This document shows, piece after piece, positions 33,811 through 42,698 of a DNA stretch of 64,000 nucleotides. Position 1 is the first letter of the stretch. Each line of letters starts with the position of its first letter. The stretch is taken from the IMG/VR virus record IMGVR_UViG_3300042401_001180; one strand, given 5' to 3'. The notes under the pieces are model-generated. The model was given only the letters and a program-made list of their open reading frames with translations. It made no database searches and was not told where the DNA came from. The position numbers were made by a program, and so were the translations under genes. This stretch comes from a virus (taxonomy: Duplodnaviria; Heunggongvirae; Uroviricota; Caudoviricetes).

Positions 33811-35660
33811 TTACGTGGAGAACCCGTTAAAAAACTTATTGCTGTTAAACCATTATAACCACCCGAAGCTGAGTCTGGGGGATCGTTTGTTCCTCCAATA
33901 TTTAAATTTACATTTGACCACCCTGTTGGGTTATGTGTTGTGTTTCCACTGAAATCAACTAATATGTGGTTAACATCTGCGGCAGACATATTGTTATCTC
34001 GTAATATTATTCTTGGAATTCCTACAGTTGCTCCAGATACTAACGTGGCACCTGAAAGCGGTTTAAAATCAACGTAACCTAAGTCGCAAAAATCTATTGA
34101 GAACGCACTACTATCTTCACTTATTCCACCATTTCTAAAAAATTGAGTTGAATTTGGAAAAATTATATTGGTTAAATTTGGGTTATATTGTAAGTTTATT
34201 TTCGCATTATTGTCATCGGTAGGGCTATAACCTAGATTGGTTAAAGGTGATATATCTAAAGTTCCTGTTAGATTACAATTGAATGCACTATAATTATTAA
34301 AATTTTGTGATGAGGATACGTGTGTAATACTAGTCAACCCAGTATTATTATTAACAATAAACTCACCACCTAATCCCGATAATGGTAAATTTAGATTTCC
34401 TGTTAGATTACAATCGTACGCATAATAATCATTAAAAATTTGTGATGACGGTACGTGTGTAATCCCGGTTAAATTTGGATTTGAGCTAACCCAAAAAACA
34501 CCACCCAACCCAGAAAACGGTACGTTTAAATTTCCTGTTAGATTACAATCGTATGCGTAATATCTTGTAAAATTTTGTGACGATACTGAATGTGTTACAC
34601 TTGTTAAACCACTATTACTAGAAACCCTAAAGTCACCACCAAGACCAGATAACGGTGTTAAATCTAAGTTTCCTGTTAGGTTACAATTGTTTGCGTAATA
34701 TCTTGTAAAATTTTGTGACGATACTGAATGTGTTACACTAGTTAAACCACTATTATTCTGAACTCTAAAATCACCACCAAGTCCAGATAACGGTGTTAAA
34801 TTTAAATTTCCTGTTAGATTACAACCATATGCATAATAACTACTAAAATTTTGTGATGACACCGAATGTGTGATTCCTGTTAACAACGTGTTATTATGAA
34901 CGGCGAACGATCCACCTAAACCGGATAATGGTGTTAAATCTAAATTTCCTGTTAGTTTACAACTATTTGCAAAATATAAGGTGATGTTTTGTGATGATGG
35001 TGCGTGTGTAATACCTGTTAAATTGGAGTTTGAAAAAACTTGAAAAGTACCTGACATTCCCGTGTAAGGTAAATTTAAATTTCCTGTTATACCACAAGAA
35101 TATGCATCATAAGCATTAGTAATTCTTGACGTTGTGTTATGTGTAATTCCAGTTAAAGTTGGGTTAACAGAAACATTAAATATGCTTATATTCGCTGTTA
35201 TTGGTGTCATATCTAAATTGCCAACAATTCCTGTACTTTGAATTCTATAGTTATTTAGTGTTGGAATAGTGATGTTTGGGTTTGTTATACCAGTTAAATT
35301 TGGGTTTGTGAATAAGTCTAAACTAGATGTACCACCAACCCCCCAATTATTTAATCCAGATAAATCAATATGACCATATAAATTTTCATTATCTAAAGAT
35401 AAACCCGTAATACCTCTAAAACTATTACCTTTCATTTGTATCGTTCTAACCCCAGGGTCTGATGTAAAACCAGTATATGTTAATGAAGTATTTCCTGCTG
35501 TTTGAGTAACATTTGTACCATTATCTAATTTCCAAGAAACACGTCTTGAACCGCCACCGCCAAAAAGAACGTTTGGATCAAAAGACGCGGTCGCACCACT
35601 CTTTTGAAATGTTAACACACTACCAATATTATTTCTTGCCGTAAATTGTTGTCTACTCAT
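33789..35660 (-). CDS. LRR-like repeat protein (putative receptor-binding/adhesin)
   Basis: Seven 45-46 aa repeats CNLTGNL(D/N)L.P.SGLGG.F.V..N..LT.(I/V)TH..SSQ.F..YYA. Confidence 0.7.
   Translation of the reverse strand: MSRQQFTARNNIGSVLTFQKSGATASFDPNVLFGGGGSRRVSWKLDNGTNVTQTAGNTSLTYTGFTSDPGVRTIQMKGNSFRGITGLSLDNENLYGHIDLSGLNNWGVGGTSSLDLFTNPNLTGITNPNITIPTLNNYRIQSTGIVGNLDMTPITANISIFNVSVNPTLTGITHNTTSRITNAYDAYSCGITGNLNLPYTGMSGTFQVFSNSNLTGITHAPSSQNITLYFANSCKLTGNLDLTPLSGLGGSFAVHNNTLLTGITHSVSSQNFSSYYAYGCNLTGNLNLTPLSGLGGDFRVQNNSGLTSVTHSVSSQNFTRYYANNCNLTGNLDLTPLSGLGGDFRVSSNSGLTSVTHSVSSQNFTRYYAYDCNLTGNLNVPFSGLGGVFWVSSNPNLTGITHVPSSQIFNDYYAYDCNLTGNLNLPLSGLGGEFIVNNNTGLTSITHVSSSQNFNNYSAFNCNLTGTLDISPLTNLGYSPTDDNNAKINLQYNPNLTNIIFPNSTQFFRNGGISEDSSAFSIDFCDLGYVDFKPLSGATLVSGATVGIPRIILRDNNMSAADVNHILVDFSGNTTHNPTGWSNVNLNIGGTNDPPDSASGGYNGLTAISFLTGSPRNWVITHT
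34264..35220. repeat. Tandem 135-138 bp coding repeats
   Basis: CCTGTTA anchors at 34264, 34399, 34534, 34672, 34810, 34948, 35083. Confidence 0.85.
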
Positions 35661-35670
35661 ATTTTAGTTT

Positions 35671-37554
35671 TTAAGTATAATCGTTACCAACAGTCCAGAA
35701 CATTATTGAACCATTATATGTGAATGTTAAAATATCAATGGCACTCGCATTTGATGTTAATATAATAGAACCACCACCACCATTCGCAACTCTATGTGTT
35801 CCCAATGGACTTATTGTCCCCAAAGATAAAGTCCTACTACCAACACTATCTTGTTTAATTATGATAGTTCCGAAATCACCATTTCTAACGTTTGTTAAAT
35901 TCAGTGTTGTTGCTGCTGTTAGTGTTGCCTCATAATTTGTACTAACACCTGAAACATCCCAAGAGATTGTTGATCCACTACCTGAATTATTGTATGGGTT
36001 TATTGAAGAACCTCCCGTAACACCCGTAACAGATATTGTATGATTACCACTTGTGTTTGTTATTGAGATATTTGTACCCTCAGTTAAAGCACTTACAGGT
36101 AAGTTCTGATATGTTGTTGCTGATAATGTATTTGCGGTTAAACCATTTGTAAATGATGTTGCACCTGTTACAGTACCTCCAGTAAATGTTGATCCACCTG
36201 TGACACCGGTAAATGTTATGGTAAAATTTCCACTAGATCCACTAACATTAATGTTACTACCTGCAGTTAAACCACTTACAGGTAAATTCTGATATGTTGT
36301 TGCGGAAACTGTTGTTGCGGTTAAACCACTAACTGTTAAACCACCACTAATTAAAGTATTTCCACTTACGTGTAATCTTTCACTTGGTGTTGATGTGTTG
36401 ATCCCGACAAACCCTTGGGTTGCTCCTGTACCGTTTATCATCAAGTTTGGTGTTTGTATTGGGTTTGATCCAGCAAAGAAACGAATATAATCACTTGTTC
36501 CCGATCCTTGGGCTTTTATAAACGTCAATCCATTCACTTCAATCGAGGCTCGTATAAAACCATCACCATTATTACCATACGCAATATATGCTGAGTCACC
36601 CCACCCTCTAATACCAAATGTCATTGATGCTGTTGGTTTTGTTAAATACGATGGTGTTGATACTCCGTACCTCACAATTGAGTCTGTTGGTGTTGTTGTG
36701 GTACCACTTAAAAAAGTAATACCTCCAGCACTTGATGGTGTATAATAAAAACTACCAGAATTACCATTACCTAAAATATCTAACGGATATGTTGGTGTTG
36801 GGTTATTAATACCAAGTCTATTATTTGTAACATCAATTGTAATACCACTTGTTTGTCCGAAATAAACATTACCTTCATTCAATGGGTTTATATTTAATGG
36901 TGAACAGGAATGTATATTATATACGTAGATATCATCAACACAGTTACCACTAGTACCAATGGTTGTTGCGGATATTGTATTTGCTGTTATACCACTTGTA
37001 AATATGGTTTCCCCACTTACTGTACCTCCAGTAAATGTTGATCCACCAGTAACTCCCGTTACCTCAATTGTGAAGTTTCCATTATTATTTGTTAAACTTA
37101 TGTTTGATCCCTCTGTTAAACCACTAACTGGTAAGTTTTGATATGTTGTTGCAGAAATTGTATTTGCGGTTAAACCACTTGTAAATGTTGTATCTCCAGT
37201 TACTGTTCCTCCAGTAAATGTTGATCCACCTGTTATTCCCGTTACAGATATTGTATGATTACCACTTGTATTTGTTATTGCGATATTTGTACCCTCAGTT
37301 AAAGCACTTACAGGTAAGTTCTGATATGTTGTTGCTGATAATGTATTTGCGGTTAAACCATTTGTAAATGTTGTTGATCCAGGGACGGTTCCGCCTGTGA
37401 ATGTTACTGAAGAGAACGCATCAAATACTTGTTGTATTGATGCTTTATATGATGACCCGTTTGGATCTTGTGATACGTCACTAGGAATAACAATATGTAT
37501 TAAATCACTTGTTGTTACTCCCGTTGCTAACGATCTTGTTGTTAATTTTGCCAT
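35671..37554 (-). CDS. Tail fibre protein (TGGT-spacer family, paralog 1)
   Basis: Repeated SATTYQNLPVS..TGGSTFTGGTV modules; GINNPTP/GINTSTP..LHVSGN fibre motifs; C-terminal beta domain. Confidence 0.75.
   Translation of the reverse strand: MAKLTTRSLATGVTTSDLIHIVIPSDVSQDPNGSSYKASIQQVFDAFSSVTFTGGTVPGSTTFTNGLTANTLSATTYQNLPVSALTEGTNIAITNTSGNHTISVTGITGGSTFTGGTVTGDTTFTSGLTANTISATTYQNLPVSGLTEGSNISLTNNNGNFTIEVTGVTGGSTFTGGTVSGETIFTSGITANTISATTIGTSGNCVDDIYVYNIHSCSPLNINPLNEGNVYFGQTSGITIDVTNNRLGINNPTPTYPLDILGNGNSGSFYYTPSSAGGITFLSGTTTTPTDSIVRYGVSTPSYLTKPTASMTFGIRGWGDSAYIAYGNNGDGFIRASIEVNGLTFIKAQGSGTSDYIRFFAGSNPIQTPNLMINGTGATQGFVGINTSTPSERLHVSGNTLISGGLTVSGLTATTVSATTYQNLPVSGLTAGSNINVSGSSGNFTITFTGVTGGSTFTGGTVTGATSFTNGLTANTLSATTYQNLPVSALTEGTNISITNTSGNHTISVTGVTGGSSINPYNNSGSGSTISWDVSGVSTNYEATLTAATTLNLTNVRNGDFGTIIIKQDSVGSRTLSLGTISPLGTHRVANGGGGSIILTSNASAIDILTFTYNGSIMFWTVGNDYT
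36031..37370. repeat. 125-bp direct repeat pair 36031..36155 / 37246..37370
   Basis: 123/125 identical by hand alignment. Confidence 0.85.
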
Positions 37555-37578
37555 TTCTTTTTTATAATATATATAAGT

Positions 37579-37860
37579 TTATTGAAATTCATATGGTGCT
37601 CCATCCATAAATTCAAATAAATCTGAATTTTGGAATTGTTTATAGAATATTTCTGTATCACAATAGACACATCCATTATCGTCTATAATTTTTACGACAT
37701 AACTACTGTATGTTTCATATATTACAGGTAACGTAAATGTGTACGGTATTGTTGATGTAGTGTCAATGTATTGACAAGTACCATAACAGGTATCACAAAC
37801 CCATATATCGTATGGTGATGTTCCTGATGTTACTGAATTAATTGTTACTATTGTTGCCAT
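37579..37860 (-). CDS. Small Cys-containing virion adaptor-like protein (paralog family)
   Basis: SG.SPYDIWVCD..C...IIDDNGC; ends FQNSDLFEFMDG. Confidence 0.7.
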   Translation of the reverse strand: MATIVTINSVTSGTSPYDIWVCDTCYGTCQYIDTTSTIPYTFTLPVIYETYSSYVVKIIDDNGCVYCDTEIFYKQFQNSDLFEFMDGAPYEFQ

Positions 37861-37863
37861 ATT

Positions 37864-39654
37864 TTAACAGTTTCCGTTTGGTGTACATCTGAATGTTAAC
37901 TTACCATTACCATCAACCTCAAATATTTTCACAATACCACTTTGGTTAATCGGTACTTTTATGTATGTTACACTCAAAGGTGTCGTTAATGAACTATCTT
38001 CGTAAGCATATACCCCCGTTTGTATTGTGTTTACATTAAACAATGTAAAGAAATTAGCGACAACTCCAAAATTAGTGAGTTCACAAATAGGACAAGAGAG
38101 TGAAAATTCTCCTGATGCTCTCCATTCTTTATATGTTGGTGTTGGTGTTGGTTCAGGAGCTAAACATTCTAAACAAGTTACATATGTTGTCGCGGTAGTT
38201 GCTGTAAAAGTATCTTGTGTTACTGATATAAATCCTGATGGTGGTATATAACCCACATAGTTACCGATGTAATTATAACAGTCCCCTGTGGTTTTTAAGA
38301 TATTACCAATCAATACGTTTGTTGGTGGATACGCGTTTTGTATAATCATTGTATTATTAGTACAAGATGTAAATATGAATTGTGTTCCCATAGGGTATGA
38401 TATTGGTATTGGTAATGCGCATTCAGTATCGTCTATACAAGTATTTCCCGATACTATTGTAGTTGTTCCTGTCACACAACTAAATGATACTGTATTTTCT
38501 TGAGCACAAATACCAAAACTTGTATTACCCGTTATTATTAATGTTTCAGAGTTTCCAGAACAACCAACCCAATTTACGGTACAACCACTTTCACTTGTTA
38601 CCGTATAGCAATAACATTGTGGGGTTGGTGTAGGGGTTGGTGTAGGGGTTGGTGTTACACAAACCGAACAACCTGAATAAACATCTAATACCTGTATTAA
38701 GTTTCTATTTGAGGACGAAGTTGTTTTACCAATATATGTTACACATTGTATTTGATTTGACGCACTTCCATATAAAAGGGCTAAGAATGTTGTTCCCGTA
38801 CTAACAACCGACCCTGAATATGTTATAGGTTCTGTAATATAGTAATGTTCACCCGTATCACAATCCAATAAATCTTTAACTGAAGAACAAACAAAATCTC
38901 CGATATCAACAACAAATGTTACTGTATCAGCGGATGGTGTTACAGGACAATATGATGGTGTGGGCGTAGGTGTTGGTGTTGGCGTAGGGGTTTCCCCTGA
39001 AGACGAAGTAGATATTGTTGCAGTAAACGCACTACAAATATCGGGAGTCGGTGTCGGTGTTGGTGTCGGTGTTGGTGTCGGTGTTGGTGTCGGTGTCGGT
39101 GTCGGTGTTGGAATATCACATTCCAATAACACGTCAAAGTCTAAAACAGAACACGGGTCAATTGGAATTGGCGTTATTGAACAATTACCTTCGTACATTA
39201 TAGTACTATCTAAATCGGGACATCCGTATGTTGTTGGGTTCTGTCCAAAAAAATCACAGGTTCCACCTAATGAATTACTTAAACACCAATTTGTTCCGTT
39301 AAAAAACATATATCCCGGAGTGGTACCTCCTGTCCAATAATAATCGCCACCATAACTACCTTCTAATGTATACGTACCATTATATCCACTATATGAATCA
39401 ATAGGTATTGATAAGCAATAGTTATTTTGACAATACCCACTACAAAGTGAGTCATTACAGTCAGTAACCGAAGTAGCGACACCATCAATTGTAACGGGAC
39501 TACTTCCTAATGACCCAATAGTATAACAACCATCAGGTATATTTGTGTCACCTGTAATATTAAAGACTAAACCGATCGTTGGCGAATAACTCCACCCACT
39601 TACACTAAAGTTTACACTACTATTTAAACAACTTTCTATGTTAACTAATGCCAT
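37864..39654 (-). CDS. Cys-rich virion protein with mucin-like Pro-Thr tracts
   Basis: Four (PT)n tracts, ~35 Cys; TATTTAT at 39674-39680. Confidence 0.75.
   Translation of the reverse strand: MALVNIESCLNSSVNFSVSGWSYSPTIGLVFNITGDTNIPDGCYTIGSLGSSPVTIDGVATSVTDCNDSLCSGYCQNNYCLSIPIDSYSGYNGTYTLEGSYGGDYYWTGGTTPGYMFFNGTNWCLSNSLGGTCDFFGQNPTTYGCPDLDSTIMYEGNCSITPIPIDPCSVLDFDVLLECDIPTPTPTPTPTPTPTPTPTPTPTPDICSAFTATISTSSSGETPTPTPTPTPTPSYCPVTPSADTVTFVVDIGDFVCSSVKDLLDCDTGEHYYITEPITYSGSVVSTGTTFLALLYGSASNQIQCVTYIGKTTSSSNRNLIQVLDVYSGCSVCVTPTPTPTPTPTPQCYCYTVTSESGCTVNWVGCSGNSETLIITGNTSFGICAQENTVSFSCVTGTTTIVSGNTCIDDTECALPIPISYPMGTQFIFTSCTNNTMIIQNAYPPTNVLIGNILKTTGDCYNYIGNYVGYIPPSGFISVTQDTFTATTATTYVTCLECLAPEPTPTPTYKEWRASGEFSLSCPICELTNFGVVANFFTLFNVNTIQTGVYAYEDSSLTTPLSVTYIKVPINQSGIVKIFEVDGNGKLTFRCTPNGNC
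39043..39110. repeat. Hexamer microsatellite GGTGT(C/T) encoding (PT)n
   Basis: About 11 units in a row. Confidence 0.85.
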
Positions 39655-39717
39655 TGAATTATTACTTTATTATATAAATAATCAAAAGTTTATTTTATTG
39701 ATGGTTTGTTTTTAAAA

Positions 39718-40914
39718 TTATAAACTAAAGTCAATTCTGTTTACCCAATTACCTTCTTTATCGTTTACCCAATACACCCATTTAACGGGAGTTTCTGTCG
39801 TTTTTAGTTTAACGTTTAAATATTCCTGATAACTGTACATGTCTTGTCTATGTAATACATTACCTGACTCATTTTCAATTCCTATATATATAAATTTAAA
39901 ATTTTCAGTGTAAGGGATATAAAGTTTAAATTCATATTCTTTTTCGTCTTTTAGGTACCACTCAGTGTAATCATTAATGGGGGGTTCGATACCTTTTAAT
40001 GTTTTTGGGTGTAGTTTTTTATATTTAAAGTTAATTCCGGCATAATCTTCATACTCTTTGTGTGTTCTTACACTTCCTAAACCATACTCACCTAAATCGA
40101 TATTGTTATCCTCTTCTTGTAACATATGTCTGAGTCTTCTTTTTGCCTCGTTGTCCATTTCTGACCATTGTTTTTCAACAACACCAGATTTTTTGTTATC
40201 TTCATTAAAATCGGTCCAATGTTTTGTTTTACCCTCTCTTGTATATTCGTGCCAAATAATTGTTTTATGTGGGTGAAAAAAATCATAACCTAAAGTGTAT
40301 GATCTAATTGCTAAACTAATCTCATCTCCAGCAAAGTATAAATTAGGATCATACTTATATTCTTCACAGTGTTTTCCTATTGTAAAAAAATAACCACCCG
40401 CAACAAATCTAGACCTAATCGGTTTTTTTAAATCTTGCCAATTCTCGATTGTGGTTGGAAAAAACATTATAGTTCCGCTTGGTGTGAAATTATTCGCAAC
40501 CATTTTATATGGTTCAACATTTAGTAATTGATTATCACTTGGTCTATACATACCAGGGTATGAAGAAATTATTGGTTTTTCTGAGTCAACCATATTCATC
40601 ATTTCAATCAATTCTACATCCCATTGTTTTTCAAAACGCATATGTGAATCTAATTGTATAGTATACTCTTCACCATTCCATAATTTTTGAATTTCAGAAC
40701 GAGCCCAACAAAGACCTTTACTTTCACTCCAATGATAATCTAAGATTTTAAATCTTTCATCATTTGTGAATTCTTCCATTGACTCGGTTTCGTCTCGTTG
40801 CCAACAAATACCAAATGTTAAATTTTCAGGATGTTTTGCTTTATCAATACAATCCCTAATCGTGGGTAATAATTCAGGATCCCTATAAGACGCTATTTGT
40901 ACGAATATTTTCAT
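39718..40914 (-). CDS. Glycosyltransferase, GT60/GlcNAc (PF11397)-like
   Basis: IFVQIASYRDPEL, GLCWARS, QLDSHMRF (DSH), ISSYP, FVAGGYFF, LYFAGDEI; start refined to MKIFVQ. Confidence 0.85.
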   Translation of the reverse strand: MKIFVQIASYRDPELLPTIRDCIDKAKHPENLTFGICWQRDETESMEEFTNDERFKILDYHWSESKGLCWARSEIQKLWNGEEYTIQLDSHMRFEKQWDVELIEMMNMVDSEKPIISSYPGMYRPSDNQLLNVEPYKMVANNFTPSGTIMFFPTTIENWQDLKKPIRSRFVAGGYFFTIGKHCEEYKYDPNLYFAGDEISLAIRSYTLGYDFFHPHKTIIWHEYTREGKTKHWTDFNEDNKKSGVVEKQWSEMDNEAKRRLRHMLQEEDNNIDLGEYGLGSVRTHKEYEDYAGINFKYKKLHPKTLKGIEPPINDYTEWYLKDEKEYEFKLYIPYTENFKFIYIGIENESGNVLHRQDMYSYQEYLNVKLKTTETPVKWVYWVNDKEGNWVNRIDFSL

Positions 40915-41112
40915 AGTTTCTTCATTTAAAGAAAATATAAAAATCAAACACTATTAATAAATAGATTTGTAAAATTATGTTGATGTCGTATCCACAGAAG
41001 GTTCTATTGTATTATCTTATTTGATACATAAGATAAGTGTAGGTTAATGTAATATCACATAAATAAATATTGTTCAGGAACGTTCCATAAAAACGGAAGT
41101 CATCTCCATTAA

Positions 41113-41331
41113 TTACATATTAACATCAATAGTGATAGCTATTGGTTCTCCTAAAACCCGTAATGACATTTCGTCTTCATCTAAAAAATAAAAATCATCT
41201 ATTTGTCTATAAGCCCTATTGTCAAATATGGTAATTCCATTAGGTACGGGTAGTCCATAAAATTCATTTAATTGAGCCATTACTAAATCAGCCTCTTCAA
41301 CTGTTTTCCATTTGTAACCTTTTATTATCAT
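41113..41331 (-). CDS. Small hypothetical protein (72 aa)
   Basis: Coupled to the upstream gene. Confidence 0.65.
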   Translation of the reverse strand: MIIKGYKWKTVEEADLVMAQLNEFYGLPVPNGITIFDNRAYRQIDDFYFLDEDEMSLRVLGEPIAITIDVNM

Positions 41332-42695
41332 TAGTATATATTATAATAATTATTTATAGCCGTTTCTATGGCTGATCTATAAGTACTTTGTTCACTGTTC
41401 CAATATATGTATTCGGCGTATTGACAGGTTGTAAAAATTCCACCTGCTCGTCCAAATGTATCCATACCTGTTCCTGCAAACGGTGGTTCTGTGGCTGTTG
41501 TTGCTAATGCCATTCCATTTAGATATGCTGTTTTTAAATCACTCACATTTTTTTCTGAAGTCGTTATAAAAGGTCCAGTAGAAGTGTTAGTACCATGAAT
41601 AACTATTGAGTACATATCACTTCTGACATTTCCTGTTGTAGCCACCCAAAAAAATGGTTGTTGTCCATTTACTCCTCCAAATCCAGTTTGTCCTATGTGT
41701 ATTATATTATTAGTGGAGTTACTAGTTCTATTAACAACACCAATTGATAAATACCTTGTATTAGGGTTTATACCTGTTACCAATGCATATCTGTCACTGG
41801 ACCAAGTTGTTGTTGGTTTACCTGTTGTGGTATCCCTAATTATCTGCCCATTTGCTACTAATTGAGCTTGATTTCCTCCCGCTGTTTGTGACGCATTATT
41901 TCCGTTAGTAGATTGATCATACCAAGTTTCAATAAATGCTGAGGCAGCACTAACTGCTGTTGTTTTAAAATAAGGTACAACACTATCTATATAACCACTA
42001 ACCTGTGCCCCCCAAATATAACAACCCCATCCTGTAGTTCCAGAATAAGTTTGAGTTAATCCATTAGTTAATCTAACTTGAAGACCAGTAGGTATTGATG
42101 TTACAGCTGAAGTTACAGTAACTTCAAATTTATACCAACCACTACCAACAGACGTTAGTGTTCCTCCATTAACAAATGTTGTTGAATCAATTGTACCTGT
42201 TGTAAGATTAAGTCTAGCAACTCTAGAAGTATTATCAATACCACTTACAACATCAACAATATCTCTTTCACCAGCTCTTAAATAGATAGATAAAAAATAA
42301 GTACGATTAATCGTTAATGTACATGCTTGAGTTACTATGTGTGAGGCTAAAACTGTATTCTCATCTAATTTATTTGCATAATCCACACCATTAGGACTTA
42401 AAATAGTCGTACCGGTGGTGACTATACTATTACCCCTTAACCAAGGAGTGACACTAAAGTTTTCAGATTGTAAAATAATATTATTACCAAAAAAATTATT
42501 AAGAGATGTAGTGTCTAAATCTCCAGATGATTTGAATCCTATATCTTGTACTTCACTATCAAAAGATCTTCTTACTTTTATTGCATAACCGGAATACCCA
42601 TCTCTTAACTTACGTAAAGAATAGGCAACTGCAGCATTTGGATACATGTCTAATAATCCAGCATTTTGTATTAAATTTCTATAATATAAACTCAT
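41331..42695 (-). CDS. Tail-associated concanavalin A/arabinofuranosidase-B-like lectin protein with inserted beta-sandwich
   Basis: AAVAYSLRKL..AIKVRR..QDIGF and ETWYDQS..NNASQ halves interrupted by NIILQSENF..GWYKF..YIWGAQ domain. Confidence 0.65.
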   Translation of the reverse strand: MSLYYRNLIQNAGLLDMYPNAAVAYSLRKLRDGYSGYAIKVRRSFDSEVQDIGFKSSGDLDTTSLNNFFGNNIILQSENFSVTPWLRGNSIVTTGTTILSPNGVDYANKLDENTVLASHIVTQACTLTINRTYFLSIYLRAGERDIVDVVSGIDNTSRVARLNLTTGTIDSTTFVNGGTLTSVGSGWYKFEVTVTSAVTSIPTGLQVRLTNGLTQTYSGTTGWGCYIWGAQVSGYIDSVVPYFKTTAVSAASAFIETWYDQSTNGNNASQTAGGNQAQLVANGQIIRDTTTGKPTTTWSSDRYALVTGINPNTRYLSIGVVNRTSNSTNNIIHIGQTGFGGVNGQQPFFWVATTGNVRSDMYSIVIHGTNTSTGPFITTSEKNVSDLKTAYLNGMALATTATEPPFAGTGMDTFGRAGGIFTTCQYAEYIYWNSEQSTYRSAIETAINNYYNIY

Positions 42696-42698
42696 ATT

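Noticed and set aside
34264-37370. Diversity-generating retroelement TR/VR pair
   Set aside because: Differences between repeat copies are not restricted to adenines, all copies are coding, and no reverse transcriptase is present in the window.
38940-39340. Poly-(GV) and poly-(HR/HQ) ORFs; also poly-(CW)/(GV) ORFs at 48433..48684
   Set aside because: Alternative-frame and antisense readings of the (Pro-Thr)n hexamer microsatellites.
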